Under the pieces are notes generated by a model. It was not told the origin of the DNA and searched no databases. It was given only the letters and a program-made list of their open reading frames with translations. From an uncultured Planctomycetota bacterium (lineage in GTDB: Bacteria > Planctomycetota > PLA2 > JAEUHO01), in assembly GCA_963752285.1 (NCBI GenBank), contig CAVVXN010000001.1, positions 512,001-576,000 on the forward strand: DNA of 64,000 nt, in the 5' to 3' direction. A program made the position numbers and the translations under genes. Below, piece after piece: positions 52,271 to 62,686 of this stretch. Numbering within the stretch: position 1 is the first letter of the stretch; every line of letters begins with the position of its first letter.

Positions 52271-53161
52271 GTGACGCTTCCCCCGATCTCGCCCTTGGAC
52301 CGCCGCCGCGCGCGGGCCGACCGCTGGATGATCGCCGTGTCGGGCCTCGTGCTGGTCCTCGCCGTGGCCGTCGCGGTGATCGACGAGGCGACGCCCGGGT
52401 GGGCGCGGTACCAGGCCGAGGCGCGCGGCCTCGCTGCGCCCCACGGCATCGAGGTCGCGGAGGGCATCCAGCAGATCTGGATCCCCGAGATCTCCCGCGT
52501 GGACCGCTGCGTGACCTGCCACGTCACGATCGAGGCCGGGCCGGAGCTCGCCGACGCGCCGAACCCCGTCCGCTCGCACCCGCGCCCCGAGCTGCTAGTC
52601 GCGCACCCGGTCGAACGCTTCGGCTGCACCCTGTGTCACGGGGGACAGGGCGCGGCGACGAGCCTCGCCGACGCGCACGGCGACGTCCCGTTCTGGGACG
52701 AGCCCCTCCTCGACGGGCGCCGTGCGCGCACGTACGGCCTCACCGCCTCCGACCTCCTGGAGATGCGGTGCAACGTCTGCCACCGCCGGGACACGAAGGT
52801 CGAGGGCATGCCGCTCCTCGACGCCGCCAAGGCCGAGGTCGCGAAGCGACGCTGCGTCCGGTGTCACGTGCTCGACGGCGAAGGCGGGACCCGCGGGCCC
52901 GACCTGACGTACGAGGGCGACAAGCACCCGACCCGGTACGACCTTCCCGAGAGTCTCGTCGGCACGCGTTCCGCGCTCCGGTGGCACGTGGAGCACTTCC
53001 TCGACCCCAAGCGCATGTCGCCGGGCACCGAGATGCCGAAGTTCACGCTGACCGACCGTCAGGCCGCGGGCCTCGCGCTGCTCGTCCTGTCGTGGCGGCG
53101 CCCGCGCCTTCCCGCGTCGTGGCTCCCGTCGCCGACCTGCACGCCGGCCGGGGGACCGTAG
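52271..53161 (+). CDS. membrane-anchored tetrahaem cytochrome c
   Basis: TM followed by CVTCH, CTLCH, CNVCH, CVRCH; GPDL, MP. Confidence 0.88.
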   Translation: MTLPPISPLDRRRARADRWMIAVSGLVLVLAVAVAVIDEATPGWARYQAEARGLAAPHGIEVAEGIQQIWIPEISRVDRCVTCHVTIEAGPELADAPNPVRSHPRPELLVAHPVERFGCTLCHGGQGAATSLADAHGDVPFWDEPLLDGRRARTYGLTASDLLEMRCNVCHRRDTKVEGMPLLDAAKAEVAKRRCVRCHVLDGEGGTRGPDLTYEGDKHPTRYDLPESLVGTRSALRWHVEHFLDPKRMSPGTEMPKFTLTDRQAAGLALLVLSWRRPRLPASWLPSPTCTPAGGP

Positions 53162-53192
53162 GCGCCAGCGTTGCGGCGGCGCGTCCCCGGCC

Positions 53193-55256
53193 TCACCCGA
53201 CGTTCAGCTTGGAGAGGAAGTCGTCGAGCGCCTTCTTCGCGTCGGCTTCGCTCTGCTGGAGGGCTTCGATGCGGTTCCTGAGGCCCTCGATCTGCGACTC
53301 CTGCTCGCCGAGCTTCTTCAGGTACCTCGCGTAGAGGTCCGACGCCCGGTCGATGGCCTGCATGTTCTGGCGGATCCGGTTCTGCTCGCTCTCGATCGTC
53401 CGGACCTGGTTCTCCAACGCCTCCCGCTGCCGGACGATCTCCTGGAGGTCCGCGTTCATCTGCGCGGCCTGCTGGAGCGCCTTCTTCACGTCGTCGCTCA
53501 CCGAGGGCGCGCGCAGGTAGATCGCGATCAGGTCCTGGCGCAGGTTCGTCATCGCGATCTGCTGCGCCCAGACGCGCTCCTGCACCACCGAGAGGGCCTG
53601 TCCGCCCTTCGCCGGCAGGATCACGCGGAACCGGTACTGCCCGCGGGTCTTCTCCGCCGGCTCGTCGGGCGAGATGAGCTTCCAGTCGGGGTCGATGGGC
53701 TGGGCGACGAGCAGCGTGCGCTCCTTGTCGTCGTCGTTCTTCGCGGTGTACGTGCGCTCCACGCGCTGCTTGTACGTCGTGCGGAGGACTCCCTTTTGGA
53801 TGCGCACGAAGAGCAGGTCCTCGGGCCGGCTCTTCGACTCGACGGCCACCTCGACCTCGAGGTCCATGGCGTACGTGAGCAGTCGCTTCCCGCCGGCGGG
53901 CAGGTCGCCGAGGAGGGCGTCGCCGGCGTACGTCCCGCCGTCGAACACGGTGACCGGGCCCTGCATGAGGTGCAGCGCGGTGTCGTTGTCGAGCTGGACG
54001 CCGTTCAGCGGGTGCGTCGCGTCCACGGCGGGGTCGTAGATCGAGACCTTCTCGGCCTTCACGTCCGACCCCACGATCGGGATCATCGCCGAGCGCTGGC
54101 GACCGAGGTGGACCGGGTTCTCGATGACGTACTGGAACAGCTCGCCGACCTCCGCGCCCGCGGCCTGCGCCTCGCCGCCCTGGAGGAACGCCGCGCCCTC
54201 CGCCGGCTCCATGGCGGGCGTGGCCGCCGGGGCGGGCGCCGCGCCCGGGCGGGCCCCCGCGCCGCCTCGGCGCAGCGCGTTCTGGCGGTCCGACGACTTC
54301 TCCTTGGCCGCGTCCATGAGCTCGGCCAGGTCGCGCTCGTAGCGCTGCGGGGCCACCCCGGGGCGCAGCTCGGGCTGGACCACCGGGCGCTTGGCGTAGA
54401 GCGGCTCGTAGAGGTTCATGACGAACGAGACGGGCGCCCCGCTCACGAGCGTCAGGTTCACGCCGTCCCAGTCGCGGTTCGTCGTGTTCTCGACGATCGC
54501 CCAGCCCTGGAGGTACGCGGTCCCCTTCGATCCGAGCACGAGGCGGTAGCTCGTCTTCCAGACTGGCGTCGCCTGGACGTAGCCGACGCGGACCGGACGC
54601 GCGCCGGCACCGGTGAACTCGAACGTGACCGTCTTCTTCTGGTTGTCGCGACCCGCCGAGAGGATCGCCAGCGCCTGGCGCATCTCCTGGTCGAGGCGCA
54701 GGTCGAGCAGGCGCACCGTGCGGATCGCGTCGAACGGGATGCTCCGGATCCCTTTGTCGGTCAGGATGTTCAGGTGCTCGGCCGGGACGGGCTTGTCGTC
54801 GATCGCCACCACGCGCGTCTGGACGCTCAGGATGGTCCCCTGCACGGGCTCGGGCGTCTCGACGTAGACCGCCTCCCCGCGGAGCTGCTTGAAGAGGTCG
54901 GCGAGGGTCAGGTTCTCGGTGAGGTCGATCGCGAACGACTGCAGCGCCTTCGAGACGGGATCGCGGGAGCCGTACGTGATCGCCGAGATGCGGCCGCCCG
55001 CCTCGTCGCGTACGACCATGCTCTTCAGCAGGTCGTTCACGTCGTCCACGTCGAAGGTCAGGGTCACCTTCTGGTCGCCCTGGATCGTGGCGCGGTGCTC
55101 GAAGTACCCGACGCCCGACGTGAAGAGCGTGACCTTCTGGAGCGGAAGCTGGCTCTCCTCCTCGGCCTTCGCGTCGCCTTCCGCGTGGGCCGCGGGGAGG
55201 AAGAGGCCGAGACCGAGGATGCTCGCGAGAACGACGGCGGACGGACGAACGCGCAT
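53193..55256 (-). CDS. DUF4139-family secreted protein
   Basis: Signal peptide; LPLQKVTLFTSGVGYFEH, NDLLKS, PVWKTSYRL, QGWAIVEN; C-terminal coiled coil. Confidence 0.8.
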   Translation of the reverse strand: MRVRPSAVVLASILGLGLFLPAAHAEGDAKAEEESQLPLQKVTLFTSGVGYFEHRATIQGDQKVTLTFDVDDVNDLLKSMVVRDEAGGRISAITYGSRDPVSKALQSFAIDLTENLTLADLFKQLRGEAVYVETPEPVQGTILSVQTRVVAIDDKPVPAEHLNILTDKGIRSIPFDAIRTVRLLDLRLDQEMRQALAILSAGRDNQKKTVTFEFTGAGARPVRVGYVQATPVWKTSYRLVLGSKGTAYLQGWAIVENTTNRDWDGVNLTLVSGAPVSFVMNLYEPLYAKRPVVQPELRPGVAPQRYERDLAELMDAAKEKSSDRQNALRRGGAGARPGAAPAPAATPAMEPAEGAAFLQGGEAQAAGAEVGELFQYVIENPVHLGRQRSAMIPIVGSDVKAEKVSIYDPAVDATHPLNGVQLDNDTALHLMQGPVTVFDGGTYAGDALLGDLPAGGKRLLTYAMDLEVEVAVESKSRPEDLLFVRIQKGVLRTTYKQRVERTYTAKNDDDKERTLLVAQPIDPDWKLISPDEPAEKTRGQYRFRVILPAKGGQALSVVQERVWAQQIAMTNLRQDLIAIYLRAPSVSDDVKKALQQAAQMNADLQEIVRQREALENQVRTIESEQNRIRQNMQAIDRASDLYARYLKKLGEQESQIEGLRNRIEALQQSEADAKKALDDFLSKLNVG

Positions 55257-55345
55257 GGGACTCCCTCCGGGGACGCCGCGCCCTCGCGGCAGGGTCCCCA
55301 GGGTACTCCCGCGCGACGGCGTGCCCCCGCCGGCGCCGCGGCTCC

Positions 55346-56596
55346 TCAGCCGAGGAGCGCCTCGACGGCGTCCGCCGCGCGCGACGGGGCGTCCGCCCCG
55401 TCGGCCAGTCGCGGCGCCAGGCGCGCGGCGCGTTCGCGGTATCCGTCGTCGCCGAGCAGAGCCTCCAGCGCGTCGGCTGCGCGGCGCGCGTCGTACCGCG
55501 TGGGCAGGACCCAGCGCGCGACGCCGAGGGCCACGAGCCGGTCGGTGTTGTCGGCCTGGTCGAACGCGTACGGCGTCGTGATCTGCGGGACCCCCGCGGC
55601 CAACGCCTCCGCGGCCGTGCCGATGCCGCCGTGGTGCACGATCGCGGCGGCGCGAGGGAACAGCCGCGAGAACGGCGCGTACGCCACGACGTGCACGTGC
55701 GCTCTACGGCACGATTCGGGAATCTCTTCCTGGCCCGCCGTGACGAGGACCGCGCGCCGGCCGATGCGGCTCGTGGCCTCGACCGACGCGACGAAGAACC
55801 CCGCCGCGTGTCGGTTCGCCGTCCCCGCGGTGAACACGATCGGCGCGTCCCCGGCGTCGAGGAACGCGCTCGTCGCCGGCGCGAGGTCGTCGGCGCTCGG
55901 TTCGCGCAGGAACCCGACGGCGCGCGTCTGTGCGGGCCAGTCGGGCTGCGGCGCCCCGAACCACGGCGGGAACGCCGCGAGCACGAGCTCGGGCGCGTGC
56001 ATCCATCGATGAAGGACGCGGTGGACCGGCCCCAGCCCGTGGGCCGCGCGGAACCGGTCGAGCGCGGGCGTGAGCGCCGGATCGAGGAGGAACCGGTCGA
56101 TCGCCCACCGCGAGAGACGTCGCGTCCAGAGCGGCGCCCACCGCTTCGGGCGACCGGGTCGGAACGCCGGGGGCTCCCGGAGCGGCCGGAAGGCGCTCGG
56201 GCTCAGGTGGACGGAGACGCCGGGGACGTGGTTCGCCTCCATGTAGACGCGCGCCGCGAAGGCGAGCGTCGTCCCGACGACCACCGTCCGACCGGGTCGG
56301 TGGAGCTCGTCGATCGCCTCCCACGTGGGCTCGAGCGAGGCGCCGATCGCGCGGGCCACGACGGAGAGGCTCCGGCGCGGGTGCCAGAGGTCGGGGTCGG
56401 CCACGGCCTCGTCGTATGCGGCGCGGGAGCCCACCACGTGGGACGCGAGGCCCGCCGCCTGGGCGAGCCCCTCGTGAACCTCCGCGAGGGCGACCACCAC
56501 GTCGTGCCCCCGGCGACGGAGCGCGCGGCCGAGCACGAGGAGGGGCATGACGTCTCCCCCGGATCCCAGAGGGCACAAGACGAACCGCCAGTGCAC
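55346..56596 (-). CDS. GT1-family glycosyltransferase (RhlB/MGT-like)
   Basis: GSGGDVMP, VHHGGIGT..LAAGVPQ..FDQADN; GGAGG RBS before GTG. Confidence 0.88.
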   Translation of the reverse strand: MHWRFVLCPLGSGGDVMPLLVLGRALRRRGHDVVVALAEVHEGLAQAAGLASHVVGSRAAYDEAVADPDLWHPRRSLSVVARAIGASLEPTWEAIDELHRPGRTVVVGTTLAFAARVYMEANHVPGVSVHLSPSAFRPLREPPAFRPGRPKRWAPLWTRRLSRWAIDRFLLDPALTPALDRFRAAHGLGPVHRVLHRWMHAPELVLAAFPPWFGAPQPDWPAQTRAVGFLREPSADDLAPATSAFLDAGDAPIVFTAGTANRHAAGFFVASVEATSRIGRRAVLVTAGQEEIPESCRRAHVHVVAYAPFSRLFPRAAAIVHHGGIGTAAEALAAGVPQITTPYAFDQADNTDRLVALGVARWVLPTRYDARRAADALEALLGDDGYRERAARLAPRLADGADAPSRAADAVEALLG

Positions 56597-56690
56597 GCCG
56601 TGCCTCCGACCGGTAGGGGACCGCGCGGGATCGGGCCGACGGGACGACACCACCAGAACCAGCACCCCGCAAGCCGGGCGGCGGCGCGAC

Positions 56691-56718
56691 TTGACCCATT
56701 CGCTCGCGCGAATACATT
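56691..56718 (+). promoter_or_regulatory. sigma70 promoter with overlapping ArsR-type operator
   Basis: TTGACC-16 bp-TACATT with inverted repeat ATTCGC-N4-GCGAAT (56698-56713) between -35 and -10. Confidence 0.6.
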
Positions 56719-56789
56719 GGGCCCTTGGGCCCGAGGCAGGCGCGCGCGAGGGCCCGGTTCACCGGGGTGCGGGCGCGTGGGAGGTCTCG

Positions 56790-57554
56790 ATGCGCGCTCG
56801 ATCGCTCCGTGGGCCCGCCCGTTGGCTCCTTGCCGGCCTCGCCGGCCTCGCCGGTCTCGCCAGTCTCGGGGTGGGACTTCCCGCCGCGTGGGCGGCCGCC
56901 GCCCCGGGGGCGGACCTCGCCGCGGCCGCTCGGGACGGCCATGCCGCGTTCGTGGTCGTGACGCAGGGGGCCGCCGCGGGCACCGACCGCGCCGTCGAGA
57001 TCGCGCGGCGCGCGCAAGACCTCGCCCCGGGCGCCGTCGTCGTCGTGGTCGATCGCGCGGACCCGGCGAACGCCGACCTCGTGGAGCGGCTCCGCGTCCT
57101 CGGCGCGCCCGTTCCGTTGCTGCTCGTGGTCGCGCCGAACGGCGTCGTCGCGGGAGGCGCGCTCCTCTCGAACGCCACGCCCGAGGTGCTCGTGCGCCTG
57201 ATCCCGACCCCGAAGAAGGCCGACCTCCTCCTCGCGCTCTCCCACGGCGCTCCGGTGTTCGTCGCGTTCGCGAGCGACGACCAGCCGGAGCGAAGCGCCG
57301 TCTTCGAGGTCTTGAACCAGGCGTTCGACCGTCTCGACAGGAAGTCGGCGACCGTCGTGGTGAACCTGAAGGACGACGCGGAGAAGGCGTTCCTCGCCGA
57401 GATGAAGGTCGATCCGAAGGCCGAGGCGCCGGTCGTCGTGGTCTTCAACGCGAAGGCCCAGAAGACCGAGGTCTTCCGGACGGTCCCGACCGTGGACGCC
57501 CTCGTGAAGGCCGCCACGAAGCAGGCCTCGTGCTGTCCAGGCGGTTCGTGCTGA
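56790..57554 (+). CDS. secreted hypothetical protein (two thioredoxin-like modules?) with C-terminal SCCPGGSC
   Basis: GGGAGG RBS; signal peptide; Cys-rich tail. Confidence 0.7.
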   Translation: MRARSLRGPARWLLAGLAGLAGLASLGVGLPAAWAAAAPGADLAAAARDGHAAFVVVTQGAAAGTDRAVEIARRAQDLAPGAVVVVVDRADPANADLVERLRVLGAPVPLLLVVAPNGVVAGGALLSNATPEVLVRLIPTPKKADLLLALSHGAPVFVAFASDDQPERSAVFEVLNQAFDRLDRKSATVVVNLKDDAEKAFLAEMKVDPKAEAPVVVVFNAKAQKTEVFRTVPTVDALVKAATKQASCCPGGSC

Positions 57555-57576
57555 GCGGCGAGCACCGGGAGCCGCC

Positions 57577-58830
57577 ATGAACCTCCGCTCTCTCGTCCTG
57601 ATCGAGCTGGTCCACCGCAAGTCGCAGCTCGTCTCGGGGTTGCTCGCCATCACGCTGGGCATCGGCGTGGTCGTGGGGATCCAGTCCGTCACGCGCGTGT
57701 CGGAGGTCGCCGTCGCGCTGCGGCTCGACAACCTGGGCGCGAACGTCCTGGTCCTGCCGCAGGCGGCCACCGTGGACGACTACTACACCGCCGACATCGA
57801 CGCGCCGACGATGCCCGAGGACTTCGTGGAGCGCATCGTGACGTCCGCGCTGCCCGGCGTGGACAACCTCTCCCCGAAGCTCACCCGGAGAGCCGTGGTC
57901 GCCGGGCGCTCGGTGGTGCTCACTGGCATCCTGCCCGCGAACGAGATCGCGTCGAAGCCGGTCTGGCAGGAGATCGGGCTCGTCGGCGCCGACCTCCAGC
58001 GCACGTGCGATCCTTCGAGCGGCGCGAACCGGTCGCACGGCTACGAGGACGAGCGCCTGAAGCACAAGGCCGTCGAGTCGCTCGGCGAGGACGAGTGCCT
58101 GGTGGGATCGGCCGCGTCGGAGCGCCTCGGCCTGACGGGGGGGGCGACGGTGGAGGTCCCCCGGACGCCGGGCCCCGACGCGACGCCCCGACCGCCGCGC
58201 CTCTTTTCCGTCGCGCGCCTCCTGCCCGAGACCGGGACCGTGGACGACGACCGGATCTTCGTCCACCTGCGTGCCGCCCAGGACGTCTTCGGCATTCCGG
58301 AGCGCGTGAGCGCGATCGAGATCATGGGGTGCTGCAACGCGATCTCGGAGGGTCTGCTCTCGCGGCTGCGGAACATCCTCCCCGACACGCGCATCACCAC
58401 CGTCCAGCAGATCGTCTCCACGCAGATCGACACGAACCGGCTCATGCGGAAGGTCTCGCTCGCGTTCCTCCTGATCGTGCTGATCGTGGGGGCGATCTCC
58501 ATCGGCAACTTCATGTGGGCCAACGTGAACGAGCGACGCCGCGAGATCGGCGTGCTGAGGCTCATCGGGGCGCGACGTAGCACGATCTGGGGGCTCCTCC
58601 TCGGGAAGGCCCTCGTGCTCGGCGTGCTCGGTGGACTGCTCGGATGGGCGATCGGCACGACGGCCGGCGTCGTGCTCGGGCCCGAGCTCACCGGGCTCGC
58701 CGTTCATCCCGCGCCGGCGCTCCTCCCGGGCGCGGTCGGTCTGTCCCTCGCCGCGGCGTTGCTCGGCTGCGCGGTGCCCGCGTTCCTCGCGGGTCGCATC
58801 GAGCCCTTCGCCCACATGCAGGAGGTGTGA
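57577..58830 (+). CDS. MacB/FtsX-type ABC transporter permease
   Basis: [26 protein letters not shown]; 4-TM layout; extracytoplasmic Cys (TCDP, GCC). Confidence 0.88.
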   Translation: MNLRSLVLIELVHRKSQLVSGLLAITLGIGVVVGIQSVTRVSEVAVALRLDNLGANVLVLPQAATVDDYYTADIDAPTMPEDFVERIVTSALPGVDNLSPKLTRRAVVAGRSVVLTGILPANEIASKPVWQEIGLVGADLQRTCDPSSGANRSHGYEDERLKHKAVESLGEDECLVGSAASERLGLTGGATVEVPRTPGPDATPRPPRLFSVARLLPETGTVDDDRIFVHLRAAQDVFGIPERVSAIEIMGCCNAISEGLLSRLRNILPDTRITTVQQIVSTQIDTNRLMRKVSLAFLLIVLIVGAISIGNFMWANVNERRREIGVLRLIGARRSTIWGLLLGKALVLGVLGGLLGWAIGTTAGVVLGPELTGLAVHPAPALLPGAVGLSLAAALLGCAVPAFLAGRIEPFAHMQEV

Positions 58831-59534
58831 TGATCCTCCGCACGGTCGGACTCGAGAAGTGCTACGTGCGCCGCGGCCGCGCGATCCACGCGCTGGCGGG
58901 CGTGGACCTCGCGGTCGCGAAGGGGAGCTTCGTCACCATCACCGGGCGCTCCGGCGCCGGGAAGTCCACCCTCCTCCTGCTCCTGGGCGGGCTCATCCGT
59001 CCCACGGCCGGCGACATCCGCTACGGGGACCTCTCCCTGACGGCGCTCTCCGACTCCGCGCTCGCGACCTTCCGGCGAGAGCACGTCGGCTTCGTGATGC
59101 AGAGCATGAGCCTCGTTCCCTATCTCACGGCGCTCCAGAACGTCGAGATCGCGCTCTCGCTGCGAGGCTGCGCGGCGACGCACCAGGCGAGCCGCGCCCA
59201 TTCCCTCCTCGAAGAGGTGGGCCTCGCGGACCGCGCGGACCACCTGCCGCGCGAGCTGTCCGTCGGACAGCAGCAGCGCGTCGCGATCGCGCGGGCGTTC
59301 GCGAACGAGCCCGACCTCGTGTTCGCGGACGAGCCGACGGGCAACCTCGACCCCGCCCTCGCGGACGACATCCTCGACCTGCTGACGCGGTGGAACCGCG
59401 AGCAGGGGACGACCGTCGTCATGGTGACGCACAGCCCCGGCGCGGCGGCCCGGGGCTCGGTGCGCGTCCATCTCGAAGCCGGGCGGACCGTCTCGGAGGC
59501 GCCCGTCGGTCCGGCCCCCGTCGGGGCCCGCTGA
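58830..59534 (+). CDS. ABC transporter ATP-binding protein (LolD/MacB-type)
   Basis: [35 protein letters not shown]. Confidence 0.93.
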   Translation: MILRTVGLEKCYVRRGRAIHALAGVDLAVAKGSFVTITGRSGAGKSTLLLLLGGLIRPTAGDIRYGDLSLTALSDSALATFRREHVGFVMQSMSLVPYLTALQNVEIALSLRGCAATHQASRAHSLLEEVGLADRADHLPRELSVGQQQRVAIARAFANEPDLVFADEPTGNLDPALADDILDLLTRWNREQGTTVVMVTHSPGAAARGSVRVHLEAGRTVSEAPVGPAPVGAR

Positions 59535-59551
59535 CCGGACCCCCAAGACCG

Positions 59552-59584
59552 CCCGGATCCCCCGGATCCCCCGGATCCCCCGGA
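59552..59584. repeat. 9-bp tandem repeat (CCCGGATCC) x3.7
   Basis: Read directly in the gap between the ABC ATPase and acr3. Confidence 0.85.
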
Positions 59585-59590
59585 GCCCGC

Positions 59591-60691
59591 ATGCCCGTGA
59601 CCCCCACCTGTCGCCCCCGCCGTCTCTCCGTGGTGGATCGCTTCCTCACGGCCTGGATCTTCCTCGCCATGGCGGCCGGTGTGCTCCTGGGCGTCCTCGT
59701 GCCCGGCGTGAAGGACCTGCTCGCCTCCGTCTCGGTGGGGACCACGAACGTACCGATCGCCGTCGGCCTGGTGCTGATGATGTACCCGCCGCTCGCGAAG
59801 GTGCGGTACGAGGCCCTCGGCCGCGTGCTCCGGGACGTCCGCGTGCTCGGGCTCTCGCTCTTCCTCAACTGGGCGGTCGGCCCGGTCCTGATGTTCGGCC
59901 TGGCCGTGCTCCTCCTGCCGGACCACCCCGGCTACATGACCGGCCTGATCCTGATCGGGCTCGCGCGCTGCATCGCGATGGTCATCGTGTGGAACGACCT
60001 CGCGAACGGCGACCGGGAGTACGCCGCGGGCCTCGTCGCGCTGAACAGCATCTTCCAGGTGCTCTTCTACGGCGCGTTCGCCTGGTTCTTCGTGACGGTC
60101 CTGCCCCCCTGGCTCGGCCTCGCGGGGAGCACCGTGCCGGTGACCATGGGGCAGATCGCCGAGAGCGTGGGGATCTACCTCGGCATCCCGTTCGCGCTCG
60201 GCGTCCTCTCCCGGGTCGTCGGCATCCGCGTCTTCGGACGCGTGCGCTTCGAGGGGACCTACCTCCCGCGGATCGGTCGGATCACCCTCTGGGCGCTCCT
60301 GTTCACCATCGTGGTCATGTTCTCGCTCAAGGGCGACTCGATCGTGGCGCTCCCGGGCGACGTCCTTCGTGTGGCGGCTCCCCTGCTCGTCTACTTCGTG
60401 GTCATGTTCCTCGCGAGCTACCTCCTCGCGTGGCGCGCGCGGGCGAGCGCCTCCCAGGCGACCACGCTCGCGTTCACCGCGGCGAGCAACAACTTCGAGC
60501 TCGCGATCGCGGTGGCGGTGGCCGTGTTCGGCCTCGGCTCGGCGGAAGCCTTCGCGTGCGTGATCGGCCCCCTGGTGGAGGTGCCCGTGATGATCGCGCT
60601 CGTCGGCGTGGCGAAGGCCCTCGGCCGTCGCCTCTACGGCGAGGACGTGTCCCGGGCGCTCGCCTCCGCGTGCGAGGGCGAGACGGCCTGA
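59591..60691 (+). CDS. acr3: Acr3-family arsenite efflux permease
   Basis: [47 protein letters not shown]. Confidence 0.95.
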   Translation: MPVTPTCRPRRLSVVDRFLTAWIFLAMAAGVLLGVLVPGVKDLLASVSVGTTNVPIAVGLVLMMYPPLAKVRYEALGRVLRDVRVLGLSLFLNWAVGPVLMFGLAVLLLPDHPGYMTGLILIGLARCIAMVIVWNDLANGDREYAAGLVALNSIFQVLFYGAFAWFFVTVLPPWLGLAGSTVPVTMGQIAESVGIYLGIPFALGVLSRVVGIRVFGRVRFEGTYLPRIGRITLWALLFTIVVMFSLKGDSIVALPGDVLRVAAPLLVYFVVMFLASYLLAWRARASASQATTLAFTAASNNFELAIAVAVAVFGLGSAEAFACVIGPLVEVPVMIALVGVAKALGRRLYGEDVSRALASACEGETA

Positions 60692-61056
60692 GCGTGCGGG
60701 CGCGGCGCCGCGGAGCAGCAGCCCCCCTCCCGGCGCACACGCTCGGCGCGATCCCGGTCCTCCTCCAGCGCGGGCACGGTCTCAAAACAGCTCGAGAGGC
60801 ACGCGAGCAGGCGCTCGTGGAGCTCCCCCGCGGCCGGGGAGAGCCGGTAGTAGCGCCAGCGACCCGACGTACGCCCTTCCACCAGCCCGGCGCGCCGCAG
60901 ACGGAGGAGATGCCGCGACACCGTCGGCTGGGGCAGGTCGAGGATCGTCACGAGGTCGCCCACACAGGTCTCCCCGCCGACGAGGAGATGCAGGATCCTC
61001 AGGCGCGTCTCGTCGGCGAAGGCGCGGAACATGCGATCGGCGCGGGGCGTGTCCAC
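60634..61056 (-). CDS. arsR: ArsR/SmtB transcriptional repressor
   Basis: [27 protein letters not shown]-terminal GGCC; alternative ATG 61032; 3' end overlaps acr3. Confidence 0.88.
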   Translation of the reverse strand: MDTPRADRMFRAFADETRLRILHLLVGGETCVGDLVTILDLPQPTVSRHLLRLRRAGLVEGRTSGRWRYYRLSPAAGELHERLLACLSSCFETVPALEEDRDRAERVRREGGCCSAAPRPHAQAVSPSHAEASARDTSSP

Positions 61057-61132
61057 CCGCACATCGTACGGCAGACCCGTCCCGCGCGCCGCTGCGGGAC
61101 CGTCCTTCACGCGAGACCGGTCACCGCGCCGG

Positions 61133-62512
61133 TCACCGCGCCGGCGGCCGAACGGGCTTTCCGGCCACGAGGCGCCACACCACCGTGAAGGCCTGGGCGC
61201 TCGTGATGGGTGGGCGCGTGTGCGCGGGTTCGGACACGCGCGGGATCGTCGCGAGCGCGATCGTGCGGAGGAGGACCCCGAGGATCATCGGGAAGCGCAC
61301 GTCGTCGGCGGGCAGCCCGAGGAACGTGAACGCGTGGTTCGCCCCGATGACGTCCGACGCGACGCCGCCCACGACCGCGCCGAGGAAGCCGGCGATCCCC
61401 GCCAGCGCCGACAGACCCGCGAAGAGCGCCGCGCGGCCCTCGCTCGGCGCGTACGCGATCACGAGGTTCGTCTGCGCGACGCCCACGGCGGGCCAGAAGG
61501 ACCCGGCGAAGAGGGCGTCCACGAGGATGGTCCACGGCATGAGCCCGAGGAGGTGGGGAAGGCGGTCGGGCGTCATCACCGACAACAGCGGCTGCCAGAA
61601 CACGCCCACCCAGGCGACGAGGAGGAGGTTCCGGTGTCCGAAGCGGTCGCCGACGCGGCCGAGCAGCGGCGTGACGGCGGTGGACACCGCGAGGGCCACC
61701 CACCCGTACACGACGACGCCCGTCATCGACATGTGCAGGCGGTCCAGGAAGAACGCCATGAACGCGCCGGTCGTGACGCCGGCCGAGCCCGCGAGGGCCA
61801 TCCACGCGATGGCGATGCGGCGGCCCTCGCGACTCGTGAGCGTTCGTCCGATCACGCGCCACCCCGCCGCGGAGAGACGCCGCATCTTGCGCACGGGCTG
61901 GAGGAGGAGCCCGAGCCACGAGAGCCCGCCGAACAGCACGGCCCCGGCCACGAGGACCAGCAGGACCGTGAGGTACGGGCGACCCGGTCCCTCGGCGGCC
62001 CGGACCTGGTCGGCGAGGTGCCCCGCGAGCGAGAGCCCGACCAGGCCGACGACGCCCACGATCGCCGTGCGCACGCCGAAGTACACGCCGCGGATCGGCT
62101 CGGGGACCAGGTCGCTGATCCACGACAGCCACGCGACCGCGCCCGCGAAGTGGACGACGTGGCTCGCCGCGGCGACGCCGAGGAGGAACCACACCCGGCC
62201 CGGTCCCTCCGCGACGCCGGGAACGAGGAGGAGCAGCAGGAGGAGCCACACGCCGCGACTCGCCGCCTCGGCCGCGAGCGCGAGGGGCTTTCGCGCGTCG
62301 CGGGCTTGGAGGTAGCGAGCCGCGAGGAGCCCGCCGACCTGCCCGAGCAGCGGGAGCGCGTTCAGGATCGCCAGGTGGAACGGCCGCGCGCCGAGGGCCA
62401 ACGCGAGGCCGTTCACCACGACGCCGGCCACGACGTTCCAGTACACCGCCCACATCGATCCTTCGAAGATCGAGAGGCGGAGCGCGCGCGCCACGGGCGG
62501 AGCGAGTCGCAT
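61133..62512 (-). CDS. MFS transporter
   Basis: About 12 TMs; WISDLVPEPIRGVYFG, GRVGDRFGHR. Confidence 0.88.
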   Translation of the reverse strand: MRLAPPVARALRLSIFEGSMWAVYWNVVAGVVVNGLALALGARPFHLAILNALPLLGQVGGLLAARYLQARDARKPLALAAEAASRGVWLLLLLLLVPGVAEGPGRVWFLLGVAAASHVVHFAGAVAWLSWISDLVPEPIRGVYFGVRTAIVGVVGLVGLSLAGHLADQVRAAEGPGRPYLTVLLVLVAGAVLFGGLSWLGLLLQPVRKMRRLSAAGWRVIGRTLTSREGRRIAIAWMALAGSAGVTTGAFMAFFLDRLHMSMTGVVVYGWVALAVSTAVTPLLGRVGDRFGHRNLLLVAWVGVFWQPLLSVMTPDRLPHLLGLMPWTILVDALFAGSFWPAVGVAQTNLVIAYAPSEGRAALFAGLSALAGIAGFLGAVVGGVASDVIGANHAFTFLGLPADDVRFPMILGVLLRTIALATIPRVSEPAHTRPPITSAQAFTVVWRLVAGKPVRPPAR

Positions 62513-62686
62513 GGTTGGCGCGGGATCATAGCCGTCGTGGACCGCGCGGGGCCCCATCGGAAGCGCCGCCGGCGGCCACGACGCCGCCCCGCGCGCCCCC
62601 CGCGCCCGAGGCCGCCCGCCGTGGGGCGGCCTCGACGCGCCCCCGGTCGGCCGTCGCCGGCCGGGCGCGTATCGTGACGGGCACCC

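Noticed and set aside
57540..57600. Selenocysteine read-through at the TGC-TGA end of the Cys-tailed protein
   Set aside because: No convincing SECIS hairpin seen, and the next gene starts 22 nt later with its own RBS.
59535..61145. Short repeats (9-bp array; CCGGTCACCGCG x2 near 61117-61140) as CRISPR or IS ends
   Set aside because: No spacers, cas or transposase genes; these are simple tandem duplications.
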